From assembly GCA_963802945.1 (NCBI GenBank), contig CAWDKY010000041.1:1-40214 (forward strand): DNA of 40,214 nt. Direction: 5' to 3'. The DNA comes from an uncultured delta proteobacterium. GTDB taxonomy: Bacteria > Desulfobacterota > RBG-13-43-22. Below the pieces are notes generated by a model that saw nothing but the letters and a program-made list of their open reading frames with translations, made no database searches and had not been told where the DNA came from. Shown here in pieces: positions 20,367 through 27,912 of the stretch. Positions within the stretch are counted from its first letter, which is position 1. Every line of letters starts with the position of its first letter. Both the position numbers and the translations under genes were made by a program.

Positions 20367-20373
20367 TTAAATT

Positions 20374-20400
20374 TTCTAACAATAAAATCGAGCCTGATGC
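20374..20400 (+). mobile_element. Degenerate attC, left half only
   Basis: TTCTAACAATAAAATCGAGCC just after the stop codon (RYYYAAC-like box plus L''-like box); no R' found. Confidence 0.4.
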
Positions 20401-20441
20401 CGCTGGCTATTTTCCATTTCGAAAAATTCAACGGTGGACCC

Positions 20442-21107
20442 GTGGATGACCATGTAAGAAGGACCATCGCTACCTATGATATCATTGCACCTCATTACGG
20501 GGTAACGGCGACCTCTGAACTGCGGGCCTGGGAAGAGTCATCAATGCGGTTGTTCGCGGGCTATCTTTCTGGGACTAAAGTCCTCGTTCCTGGATGTGGA
20601 GATGGACGAGATTCAAGATATTTGTCTTCTCTTGGGCTCGATGTATTATCGTTCGATCTATCCGACGGAATGCTCCAAGAAGCACGTAAGCTGGATGGGC
20701 ACGCACGATATGTGAAGCTCGACCTCCGTGAAGTTAGCTCTCTTGCGCAGACCTTCGATGGCGTTTATGCCAGCGGGTGCTTGTACCATTTGTCTCGAAG
20801 GGAATTTGAAGCCTTTATCCGGGACACTTATGTCATGCTGGAGTTAAATGGTGTCTTCTACCTCAACATGAAAATCGGCATAGGTGAAGAGTATAGCGCG
20901 GTTCCAGGTGACCGGTATCCCGGAGGTGAACAAGCGCGACAGCTTTTGACGGGAGACCGCTACTACGTGTATTATCAGCGGAAGGAACTGGCCCATTACT
21001 TGCGAAGCTATCAGCTCTTGCACGAACGCGATATCCAGTACGCAGAGGAAGCCGTCGAATTATGGGTGCGTAAGAGTCCCGAGGCGAACCAAGGTAGGCA
21101 GGTATAG
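20442..21107 (+). CDS. Class I SAM-dependent methyltransferase
   Basis: TIATYD, VLVPGCGDGRD, FDLSDGML, FDGVYASGCLYHL; start uncertain. Confidence 0.85.
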   Translation: MDDHVRRTIATYDIIAPHYGVTATSELRAWEESSMRLFAGYLSGTKVLVPGCGDGRDSRYLSSLGLDVLSFDLSDGMLQEARKLDGHARYVKLDLREVSSLAQTFDGVYASGCLYHLSRREFEAFIRDTYVMLELNGVFYLNMKIGIGEEYSAVPGDRYPGGEQARQLLTGDRYYVYYQRKELAHYLRSYQLLHERDIQYAEEAVELWVRKSPEANQGRQV

Positions 21108-21269
21108 GTAGACTCAAACGATGAAATACGTCATCCGAGAACTAATATGTGCTGGTCTACCGACGATGTTATCTCTCTGTGTTCAACCGTACGTAGACGC
21201 AATAAGAGTCATGGACTTCGTCCAGCCATGGGTTCAGCCTTGTTTTTAAAGTTGAGAGCAAAAAAAACT

Positions 21270-21336
21270 GTGGAACGAGTCGCTGGGGCCAATCGGCAAC
21301 AAAGAGCGCTGCCTCTGGCTCAGCTTTTTGTTGAAC
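21270..21336 (+). mobile_element. Degenerate attC site
   Basis: ...GAAC GAGTC GCTGGGGCCA ... TGGCTCAGC TTTTT GTTGAAC; the L boxes pair, R'' is imperfect. Confidence 0.6.
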
Positions 21337-21399
21337 GACAAGAATGAAAACTAATCGCCATAGGAATGCGCCTAATGAGCCGTAAGCACTTTCAAATCG

Positions 21400-21467
21400 G
21401 GGTTGCCTTCCCCAAGACTTAAAAATGTAGTGTTATCCAGAAAAACTTTAGAATAACTTGTTAGGCC
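21400..21467 (+). mobile_element. Truncated leader plus attI-like site, copy 2
   Basis: GGGTTGCCTTCCCCAA...TTATCCAGAAAAACTTTAGAATAACTTG|TTAGGCC; identity with the 25.9 kb copy ends immediately after GTTA. Confidence 0.75.
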
Positions 21468-21483
21468 GTCTAAGGAAGATCGG

Positions 21484-22158
21484 ATGATAGGAAAAATTTT
21501 AACCACGGGGTTTGAGAACGCATTATGTGCCGATTGGCGCATTGTCCGCACTCACCTCGATGCTGTCTGTATTCTGATCGAACGTAATTCCGATTGTACT
21601 CCTCCCCTTATCGCACAGCGTTTACTTGTTTCAGGGGAGGACCACAGACATCCGCGTCATCCGGGTTTCGACTTGATTGCCATTGGACGTGCATGCTGGC
21701 GCCGCCTCAGTTGCGGAACCCATGAAGGTGGCAGCACAATTGAACAGCAGATCGTCCGTGTGTTAACGGGACGGTACGAACGCACCGTCACCCGCAAACT
21801 TCGTGAGATTGCACTCGCAGCCCTCGTTGCTAGACGCTACCCCAAACATCGACTTCCTGCGGCATATCTGTGGATTGGATACTACGGGTGGCGAATGAAC
21901 GGGTACCTACAAGCCTGTCGGCGGCTTGGGATGCCACCACAGTCCCTTAGCTCAGAGGAAGCGGCTATGCTTGTCGCTCGTTTAAAGTACCCTCAGCCTA
22001 GGGAAGCGTCGACCCACAGGGTATTACAAATCGAGCGACGGGCGAAGCACCTTCGTGCGCTTTATCAACGACATTTATTCGACGGAACATATAGGCATCT
22101 TAATGGCCCGACCCTTTACAAACGATCCACGTCTATCGAGCCACTTCCCCAGTCCTGA
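21484..22158 (+). CDS. Transglycosylase (GT51)-domain protein without a membrane anchor (cassette gene 1)
   Basis: GEDHRHPRHPGFD (EDxxFxxHxG-like), GGSTIEQQ, RKLRE motifs; no hydrophobic N-terminus. Confidence 0.75.
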   Translation: MIGKILTTGFENALCADWRIVRTHLDAVCILIERNSDCTPPLIAQRLLVSGEDHRHPRHPGFDLIAIGRACWRRLSCGTHEGGSTIEQQIVRVLTGRYERTVTRKLREIALAALVARRYPKHRLPAAYLWIGYYGWRMNGYLQACRRLGMPPQSLSSEEAAMLVARLKYPQPREASTHRVLQIERRAKHLRALYQRHLFDGTYRHLNGPTLYKRSTSIEPLPQS

Positions 22159-22777
22159 CGAACTGGAGAAGACATTGGCTAAAGCGTCACGCACCTCGCG
22201 CGAGGTTGTCGCACGGTTGTGGCTGAGCGAAGGTCTTCCATCTGCCTTTCTCACTTCTCCGGCAGTTTATGAAGACCTTCGCGGTTGGCTCGCCTCTCGA
22301 CTGAACGTTCATCCCAAAGAGATAACCCTCATTGGGAGCGCTAGAATCGGTTATTCGCTTTCACCGCCACCCGAGTTCGGGCGCCCCTTTGCTGTAAGAT
22401 CCGATCTCGATTTATGTATCGTATCCCGCGACCTTTTCCAGCGCGTAACCGCATCATTCGATGAATTTTCGGCTGACTACAGATCCGGGGCTGTGACCCC
22501 GAGAAGCCAACATGAACGGCACCTATGGGATGAGAATCTTATTTTTGGTGAACGCAACATCCCTCAAGGGTTCTTCGACCCTAATAAAATACCAAATTTT
22601 GATCGCTACCCTGTCGCGCAACAGGTAAGCCAGTCAATGTGGATGCTGGTGAAGAGACTTGAAGTCATACTCAATGCACCACAGGTTAGACGAGCGTCGA
22701 TTCGCGTCTACCGCGATTGGCAAAGTTTTATTGATAAGGTGTCATTTAATCTCATGGTTGCGTTGAAGAAGGCCTAA
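22103..22777 (+). CDS. Pol-beta-superfamily nucleotidyltransferase-like protein (cassette gene 2)
   Basis: hGS motif LIGSARIGYS ... SDLDLCIVS; the TAA stop lies within attC R''. Confidence 0.7.
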   Translation: MARPFTNDPRLSSHFPSPDELEKTLAKASRTSREVVARLWLSEGLPSAFLTSPAVYEDLRGWLASRLNVHPKEITLIGSARIGYSLSPPPEFGRPFAVRSDLDLCIVSRDLFQRVTASFDEFSADYRSGAVTPRSQHERHLWDENLIFGERNIPQGFFDPNKIPNFDRYPVAQQVSQSMWMLVKRLEVILNAPQVRRASIRVYRDWQSFIDKVSFNLMVALKKA

Positions 22778-22830
22778 CAATTCACTGGTGCGGAAGCAAA
22801 AAAGGAGCACCGCACAGCTCCGCATTGAGC
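22771..22830 (+). mobile_element. attC site (R' mutated to ATT)
   Basis: R'' GGCCTAAC is the exact complement of cassette start GTTAGGCC (21460); CTG.TGCGG/CCGCACAG stem; R' ATTGAGC. Confidence 0.8.
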
Positions 22831-22861
22831 TGCAACACATAAAGATGAAGGACTGGAGCAA

Positions 22862-23626
22862 ATGAACGGGCAGATCAGAGAGAATCCAGACTATGGCAAT
22901 TGGACTCCAAAACTAATAATTTATGTTCCTCTCGCAATAGCGCTCCTGTTCCTGGCATCGAGTCTCATGTGGTCTTTCCTGCTCATTCCGGCCGCCTTCT
23001 TCTTGCTGGTCGCTGCCTTTCTATTGTACGTTCGCTTCAAGCTTTCTCCTAAAACAGGAAATGTGCAAGAATCCATTTGGAAGCTCGTATTAGATCATTT
23101 GGATTGGAATGGAGAAGGCAGGGCCTTGGACATAGGTTGCGGGAACGGTGCCCTGGCCATCAAGCTGGCTCAGAGGCACAACAGGGCACACGTCCTCGGA
23201 ATAGACTATTGGGGAAAGAGGTGGGATTACTCGATGAAGGTCTGTGAACGCAACGCAGCGATTGAGGGAGTCAGTGACCGCGTGACGTTCCAGAAAGGCA
23301 GTGCCGCCTCATTGCCATTCGCTGATGAGTACTTCGATGCAGCGGTGAGCAATTTCGTCTTCCACGAGGTAGGCGGTGTCAAAGACAAGCGTGAAGTTAT
23401 TCGTGAAGCATTGCGGGTTCTTAAGAAAGGTGGCAAGTTCGCTTTTCAAGACGAATTTCTCATCAAGAAGATGTATGGTGATCCAGACGCGTTACTCACC
23501 ACTGTCAAGGGTTGGGGAATAGCCAAAGTGGAGTTCATTCAAACCAGAAATTTGCCTTTTATCCCACGCCTGTTGAAAGCGCCATTCATTTTGGGGACTA
23601 TGGGGATGATACGGGGAGAGAAATGA
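22862..23626 (+). CDS. Membrane-anchored class I SAM-dependent methyltransferase (cassette)
   Basis: Two N-terminal hydrophobic helices, LDIGCGNG, LPFADEYFDAAVSN, EALRVLKKGG; RBS GGAG. Confidence 0.88.
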   Translation: MNGQIRENPDYGNWTPKLIIYVPLAIALLFLASSLMWSFLLIPAAFFLLVAAFLLYVRFKLSPKTGNVQESIWKLVLDHLDWNGEGRALDIGCGNGALAIKLAQRHNRAHVLGIDYWGKRWDYSMKVCERNAAIEGVSDRVTFQKGSAASLPFADEYFDAAVSNFVFHEVGGVKDKREVIREALRVLKKGGKFAFQDEFLIKKMYGDPDALLTTVKGWGIAKVEFIQTRNLPFIPRLLKAPFILGTMGMIRGEK

Positions 23627-23642
23627 GCAGCACACACAATAA

Positions 23643-23700
23643 CAGCCCAACGAATCGTTCCACCGGATCGCTTAAGCTCCCAGTGAACTCGTTATTAGGC
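23643..23700 (+). mobile_element. attC site (R' mutated to ATT)
   Basis: R'' CAGCCCAAC versus cassette start TTGAGCTG (one mismatch); GTTCCAC/GTGAAC L boxes; R' ATTAGGC. Confidence 0.8.
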
Positions 23701-23791
23701 GCATATTATTAAACCAAAACATTCTTACATATACGTTATTCCCATATGAAAACGCTTATAAAGGAGGATTTATTCAGTATATACATGTTTT

Positions 23792-23855
23792 AACGCAGAT
23801 CTTCTAACTCCTTAATCTGTGCGCTTTGGTCTTTTTGTCATCTTTCATTTTTAAA
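23792..23855 (-). pseudogene. Remnant 5' end of a PAS signalling gene (MKDDKKTK...KELEDLR)
   Basis: 23824-23855 is identical over 32 nt to 13375-13406. Confidence 0.7.
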
Positions 23856-24007
23856 TAGGCATTAGCAGGGAACTAATGCTTTGCGTGGCTACAATCGGGG
23901 TTTCGGCTGGCGCAAGCAGCTGCACTTCAGAGCGCCGTTGCCCATCATCGGTGCTTCGCCGCCGCGCCTCGGAACCTAGTCATGCCCGGGGAACTCGGAG
24001 TGAGGTC

Positions 24008-25486
24008 CTACCGAACGACCTCGATGGCGGGAAGCCGATACGCTTTGGGATCGGTCAGCTCTTCGATCATCGCTGGTCCTGGCGCGTAAGCGCGCAGGAT
24101 CAGATAAAAAGGACCGGTCGGCGCAGGCAGCCAGTTTTGCACGCGAGCCTGTCCCGGGTTCGCGGCCTGAATATAAATCGTCGTCGTTCCATCGGCGTTG
24201 GTGGTTAGCGTGTTATCGCTGCCCAAAGAATAGCGATCGATCGAGTTCGGTACGGTGTAATTGTTCGTCGTATCGTACATCGTCACCGACCAGAAGCCTG
24301 GTTCGACAAACGGCGGCAGCTGGTGAAACATGATCGTGTAGCGATTGGCGCCACTCAAGAGAATACCGCGGCTGTCCGTGCCACCGTAGTAGTACGTGGC
24401 CTCCGTGGGGGTATTTAGCGTTATCCCTTCGCGCCCGGCGACGGCACGCGTTCTATAGTCGGTTCCGAAGTTGCCGACGGTCGGCGGCGACACGAACCAG
24501 CCACCCTCGAAACGGCCGGCCGGCAACTTGCGCAGCAGCGGGCCGATCGCGGCGGCAGCGCGATTCATGGCGGCAAGGGTGATCGGGTCCACCACAGAGG
24601 GGCGCCACTGCTTTCCCAGTTCGATACCGAGAGGTTTGAACATCGGAAGCAACGCGGCGATTTGACTCGCAGGCGGCGGATTTTCATTCATGGCAGCGGA
24701 GAAAATCTCCCAAAACTGCGCGGGATCCGCGAAATTCAAGGCGCTGGCCGATTGACGCTTGTCCGTAACGACGGGAACGGCGTAGTTGTACGCCGGAGTC
24801 GCCGGCGGCTGTTGTCCGAGGAACTGCGCAAGACCTTGTGTTGTAATGCCGTTGAGCACGGCTCGTGAAGTCGCGAGATCGCCTTGATTCTTCAAGTGGA
24901 CGCGCGGCTGAATCAGCACCCATCGCGTCGGAGAATCGATTCGCTGTATACCGTCCGGCAGCGTGCCCTTCCATCCGGGACCGACCAAGGCGAACTTGCC
25001 GCCCTTGTAGCCGTTGACAGCGCCGGCCGGATACGCGAACGCGTTCGTCCACATGTCGCAGACCTCGACCATGTAGTAAAGGCCCTTCGAATCCGGAAGC
25101 GTCAGAATGATCGGCTGCGGCCCGAGATCGAGAAAGCCGAATCCGTAGATCGTGTTCACGTTGGGTGTTACGTAGCCCGACTCTTCTGACAGTTGCGGTG
25201 TCGAAATGTTCGGCATGCGCCAAATATCATTGGGCGCCGCCTTCGGAGAGGGCCCGAACGTATCGTTGTAACGCAGGTTATACATACTGACGAGCGGGGC
25301 GCCATAGGTTGCCGCGTCGATCGCGAGCGCATAGGACCAGTCGGAAAGAGCCTTTACTTGTGAAGGCGGAAGTGAAACCCTCGCCGTAGGCGCGGCGGCC
25401 ACGCCCTGCGCTCCCGCTGCGGTGCCAAAGGCAATAAAAAACCCCAGTAGACCCGCCGCCAGCAATTCTCTCTTTAAGATCTTCAT
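24008..25486 (-). CDS. Exported DUF1254/DUF1214-domain protein
   Basis: Signal peptide, TPNVNTIY, DMWTN, GFWSVTMYD, NWLPAP, LRAY.P; visibly GC-rich; RBS GGAGG. Confidence 0.85.
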   Translation of the reverse strand: MKILKRELLAAGLLGFFIAFGTAAGAQGVAAAPTARVSLPPSQVKALSDWSYALAIDAATYGAPLVSMYNLRYNDTFGPSPKAAPNDIWRMPNISTPQLSEESGYVTPNVNTIYGFGFLDLGPQPIILTLPDSKGLYYMVEVCDMWTNAFAYPAGAVNGYKGGKFALVGPGWKGTLPDGIQRIDSPTRWVLIQPRVHLKNQGDLATSRAVLNGITTQGLAQFLGQQPPATPAYNYAVPVVTDKRQSASALNFADPAQFWEIFSAAMNENPPPASQIAALLPMFKPLGIELGKQWRPSVVDPITLAAMNRAAAAIGPLLRKLPAGRFEGGWFVSPPTVGNFGTDYRTRAVAGREGITLNTPTEATYYYGGTDSRGILLSGANRYTIMFHQLPPFVEPGFWSVTMYDTTNNYTVPNSIDRYSLGSDNTLTTNADGTTTIYIQAANPGQARVQNWLPAPTGPFYLILRAYAPGPAMIEELTDPKAYRLPAIEVVR

Positions 25487-25820
25487 CGTTCCCTCCTTCT
25501 CTAGTGCCGTCGCAGGGCTGCGATGCACGTTATATTATAGCTTGGAAGACGATTTCTTGTCAAAAGCTCCTCCGGAATCTTGGACTCACCCAAAATCAAT
25601 TTAATGTTTCGTGACGCCTGTTTCAAGCAGGCATAAGGGTTTAATACCAAATTTCTTCTAAGAGTGGAGTATAAGATAAGGATAAGAATGGATCAAGGAG
25701 AAAAAGAGGCTAACCAGGTGACCCTACAGGATTTAGGGCCGGGAACCTGTAGAAATAAAAAGGAAAATTCCCTTTAATGCGAAATCAAAAAATTAAATCC
25801 GTCCCTTTAAATCTAAAATA

Positions 25821-25950
25821 ATTTGTCAAGATAATACTTATCATTTATAATGGGTTACAAAGTTTCTAAGAGGGTTGGCAAACCATAGGTCATCTAAAAC
25901 AGAATAATGATCAGGGTTGCCTTCCCCAATTTAGACTTTAAAATGTAGTT
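25821..25950 (+). promoter_or_regulatory. Repeated cassette-leader element with promoter(s)
   Basis: TTGTCA (25823)-N17-TATAAT (25846); second candidate TTGCCT (25917)-N16-TAAAAT (25939). Confidence 0.75.
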
Positions 25951-25986
25951 TTATCCAGAAAAACTTTAGAATAACTTGTTATGTGT
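25951..25986 (+). mobile_element. attI-like site, copy 3
   Basis: TTATCCAGAAAAACTTTAGAATAACTTG|TTATGTGT; GTTATGTGT is the exact complement of R'' ACACATAAC at 27245. Confidence 0.75.
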
Positions 25987-26045
25987 AAGAGAGGAAAAGT
26001 CAGAATTCTAAAAGAACAATATAAAAAATGGTGTTTATACCTCCA

Positions 26046-26087
26046 AATTAACAGTATATGAACAATGAATATATACAAGCGTTGGCG
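26046..26087 (+). mobile_element. Short degenerate attC-like site
   Basis: AATTAAC AGTATATG ... TATATAC AAGC GTTGGCG. Confidence 0.45.
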
Positions 26088-26099
26088 GCAACTTGAGAA

Positions 26100-27143
26100 A
26101 TGAATAAATTAATATTAGCAATTAAAGAGAATTGGAAAGATCCGGTTTGGAGTAAAGTCATTGCTGCGGGTATCATTTCTGTCGCGGGGTTTATTTTGAC
26201 TACTCTTTATTCATTAATAAAATCGCTATTTACCAAAATTTCATTTGGAGATGCACTTAATGAAGTTGGGACATTTCTAAACAAGAATATAGACCTGAAA
26301 GTGTGGTTAATTATTGCTCTATCAGTCTTATATATGATTCTTGTCTTTAACCAATTCACATCACTGATTAAGAACATTTTCATTAAGCTCAAGAGTCCTC
26401 GCACTAAAACTAAAGAACCCACTGAACCAGAAGTGCCACGGGCAACAGAACACTCAACATCCTTATTTTATCAAAGAATGGCTAGTGCGTTTCCTGGCAT
26501 AAGAGAAGTAACATGGATTGAGAACCCAAAAGACGCAACAAATAGACTGGAAATTCTTTTGCAAAAACCATTGAGATTCAAATCGGATTTAGGAGAGTTT
26601 GAGTCAGACCCAATTTGGTGGTTTAGGGGAAGTAGCGCATTATATATTGAATTGTTTAAAAAGTTAGGAAGTAGAAAGATTCTAATGAATTTTGACCAAT
26701 TAAAAATAAGAAGGATTGCAGCTTATCATGATGATTCCTATTACAAAAATTTCGTTTACGTTGAGGTTGAAGGCGAGAAACAAACAGGACTTTATAATTT
26801 GACAGAAGAAGATATACAAAGGCATATAGATAAGTTTGGTTATAGCCGTGAAGAATATGGACTGATTAAGAACAAGCTTGGGTGGAAGACACCAATCCGT
26901 AGAGAAAACCATGACGATGGAGCTACGGTAATCAAGGGGAAAGTTCGTGACATAAAGAATGCAGAGCTAAGGGTCAGATATATTTCCCAATACAATTTTA
27001 TAATTGCTGCTAAAGGATCACCTTATAACTCTCGTAAATTCGATAGAAATTCAGAGAATTATCTAAACGGTATATTAAAGGGTGAAGTTGACCCAAATGA
27101 ATTTTTCGAATTCTTAAAAGGATTTCAAAAACATGAACAATAA
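26100..27143 (+). CDS. Hypothetical membrane protein (two N-terminal TM helices; cassette gene)
   Basis: 347-aa AT-rich ORF, WKDPVWSKVIAAGII hydrophobic start, bounded by GTTGGCGG and CCGCCAAC. Confidence 0.8.
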   Translation: MNKLILAIKENWKDPVWSKVIAAGIISVAGFILTTLYSLIKSLFTKISFGDALNEVGTFLNKNIDLKVWLIIALSVLYMILVFNQFTSLIKNIFIKLKSPRTKTKEPTEPEVPRATEHSTSLFYQRMASAFPGIREVTWIENPKDATNRLEILLQKPLRFKSDLGEFESDPIWWFRGSSALYIELFKKLGSRKILMNFDQLKIRRIAAYHDDSYYKNFVYVEVEGEKQTGLYNLTEEDIQRHIDKFGYSREEYGLIKNKLGWKTPIRRENHDDGATVIKGKVRDIKNAELRVRYISQYNFIIAAKGSPYNSRKFDRNSENYLNGILKGEVDPNEFFEFLKGFQKHEQ

Positions 27144-27149
27144 AAACTA

Positions 27150-27231
27150 CCGCCAACAATCTATAAGCGTAATGCGGGCGGACAGTGAATCGCTCCGAAA
27201 CCCGCACTAGGCTTATACTTGGCCGTTGAGA
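27150..27231 (+). mobile_element. attC site (inner cassette)
   Basis: R'' CCGCCAAC, TATAAGC/GCTTATA and GCGGG/CCCGC stems, R' GTTGAGA. Confidence 0.8.
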
Positions 27232-27244
27232 ATGATTAATGAGA

Positions 27245-27318
27245 ACACATAACAAATCACTGCACTGGATTTTTACTCCGCTCCGCCACGTAAAAACCAG
27301 TAAATTCAATCGTTAGTT
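27245..27318 (+). mobile_element. attC site (outer cassette)
   Basis: R'' ACACATAAC, ACTGG.TTTTTAC/GTAAAAACCAGT stem, R' GTTAGTT. Confidence 0.85.
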
Positions 27319-27337
27319 TGATAGCGAAGGATGGAAT

Positions 27338-27838
27338 TCAGGAGTTTGCTAATCTGTTTATTTTCAGCAATTGAAGAATCTTATCCTTGGCCGGAATCAA
27401 CATCAACTGGGTCTCCGAAGAGAAACTGCGTTTAAAATCGAAATCATGACCCCGGACGGATATTAGATAGGCCACGGGTTCATGGTGATAAATCGCTTTT
27501 AGAAAGGCCAGAAGCGCGGCCGGTGTCATATGATGGGTAAAGGTTGAAGTGACATATTCGGGAACAACTTTGGAACAATTAAGATCTTCCAGATCCGGGC
27601 CGGTATGGGCGTCAACAAAAATGATCTGTTCGTAATCCCTAAGCCAATCCATGATCTCAGGGACCAATTGAAGTAAAAAAACGGAATCCGTTTCCCCCTC
27701 CAGCCTTTCCAATCCGGTATCGCCTTCTTCCAAACTCGGTTGACCTAATTTTTTCCTCACTAGATTGATTATAGTATAAGCGGCGCCGTCATCGGAGCGG
27801 TCTATATTTCCGTAGCCGATAATAAGGGTCCGAGGCAT
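27338..27838 (-). CDS. Hydrogenase maturation protease (HoxW-like)
   Basis: IIGYGNIDRSDDG, IIFVDA, THH; RBS GGGGAG before ATG 27838. Confidence 0.88.
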   Translation of the reverse strand: MPRTLIIGYGNIDRSDDGAAYTIINLVRKKLGQPSLEEGDTGLERLEGETDSVFLLQLVPEIMDWLRDYEQIIFVDAHTGPDLEDLNCSKVVPEYVTSTFTHHMTPAALLAFLKAIYHHEPVAYLISVRGHDFDFKRSFSSETQLMLIPAKDKILQLLKINRLANS

Positions 27839-27850
27839 AGAGGCTCCCCT

Positions 27851-27893
27851 AAAAAAATGCAGACCGGAACAACCTATCGCCCCGGTCTGCATT
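27851..27893 (-). terminator. Intrinsic terminator-like hairpin between hoxH and the protease gene
   Basis: AATGCAGACCGG...CCGGTCTGCATT followed by a T-tract on the minus strand. Confidence 0.7.
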
Positions 27894-27912
27894 GGAATGA
27901 TTAAAATTATTT

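Noticed and set aside
21147-21347. 66-aa ORF as a cassette gene
   Set aside because: It runs through a degenerate attC and has no RBS or recognisable motif.
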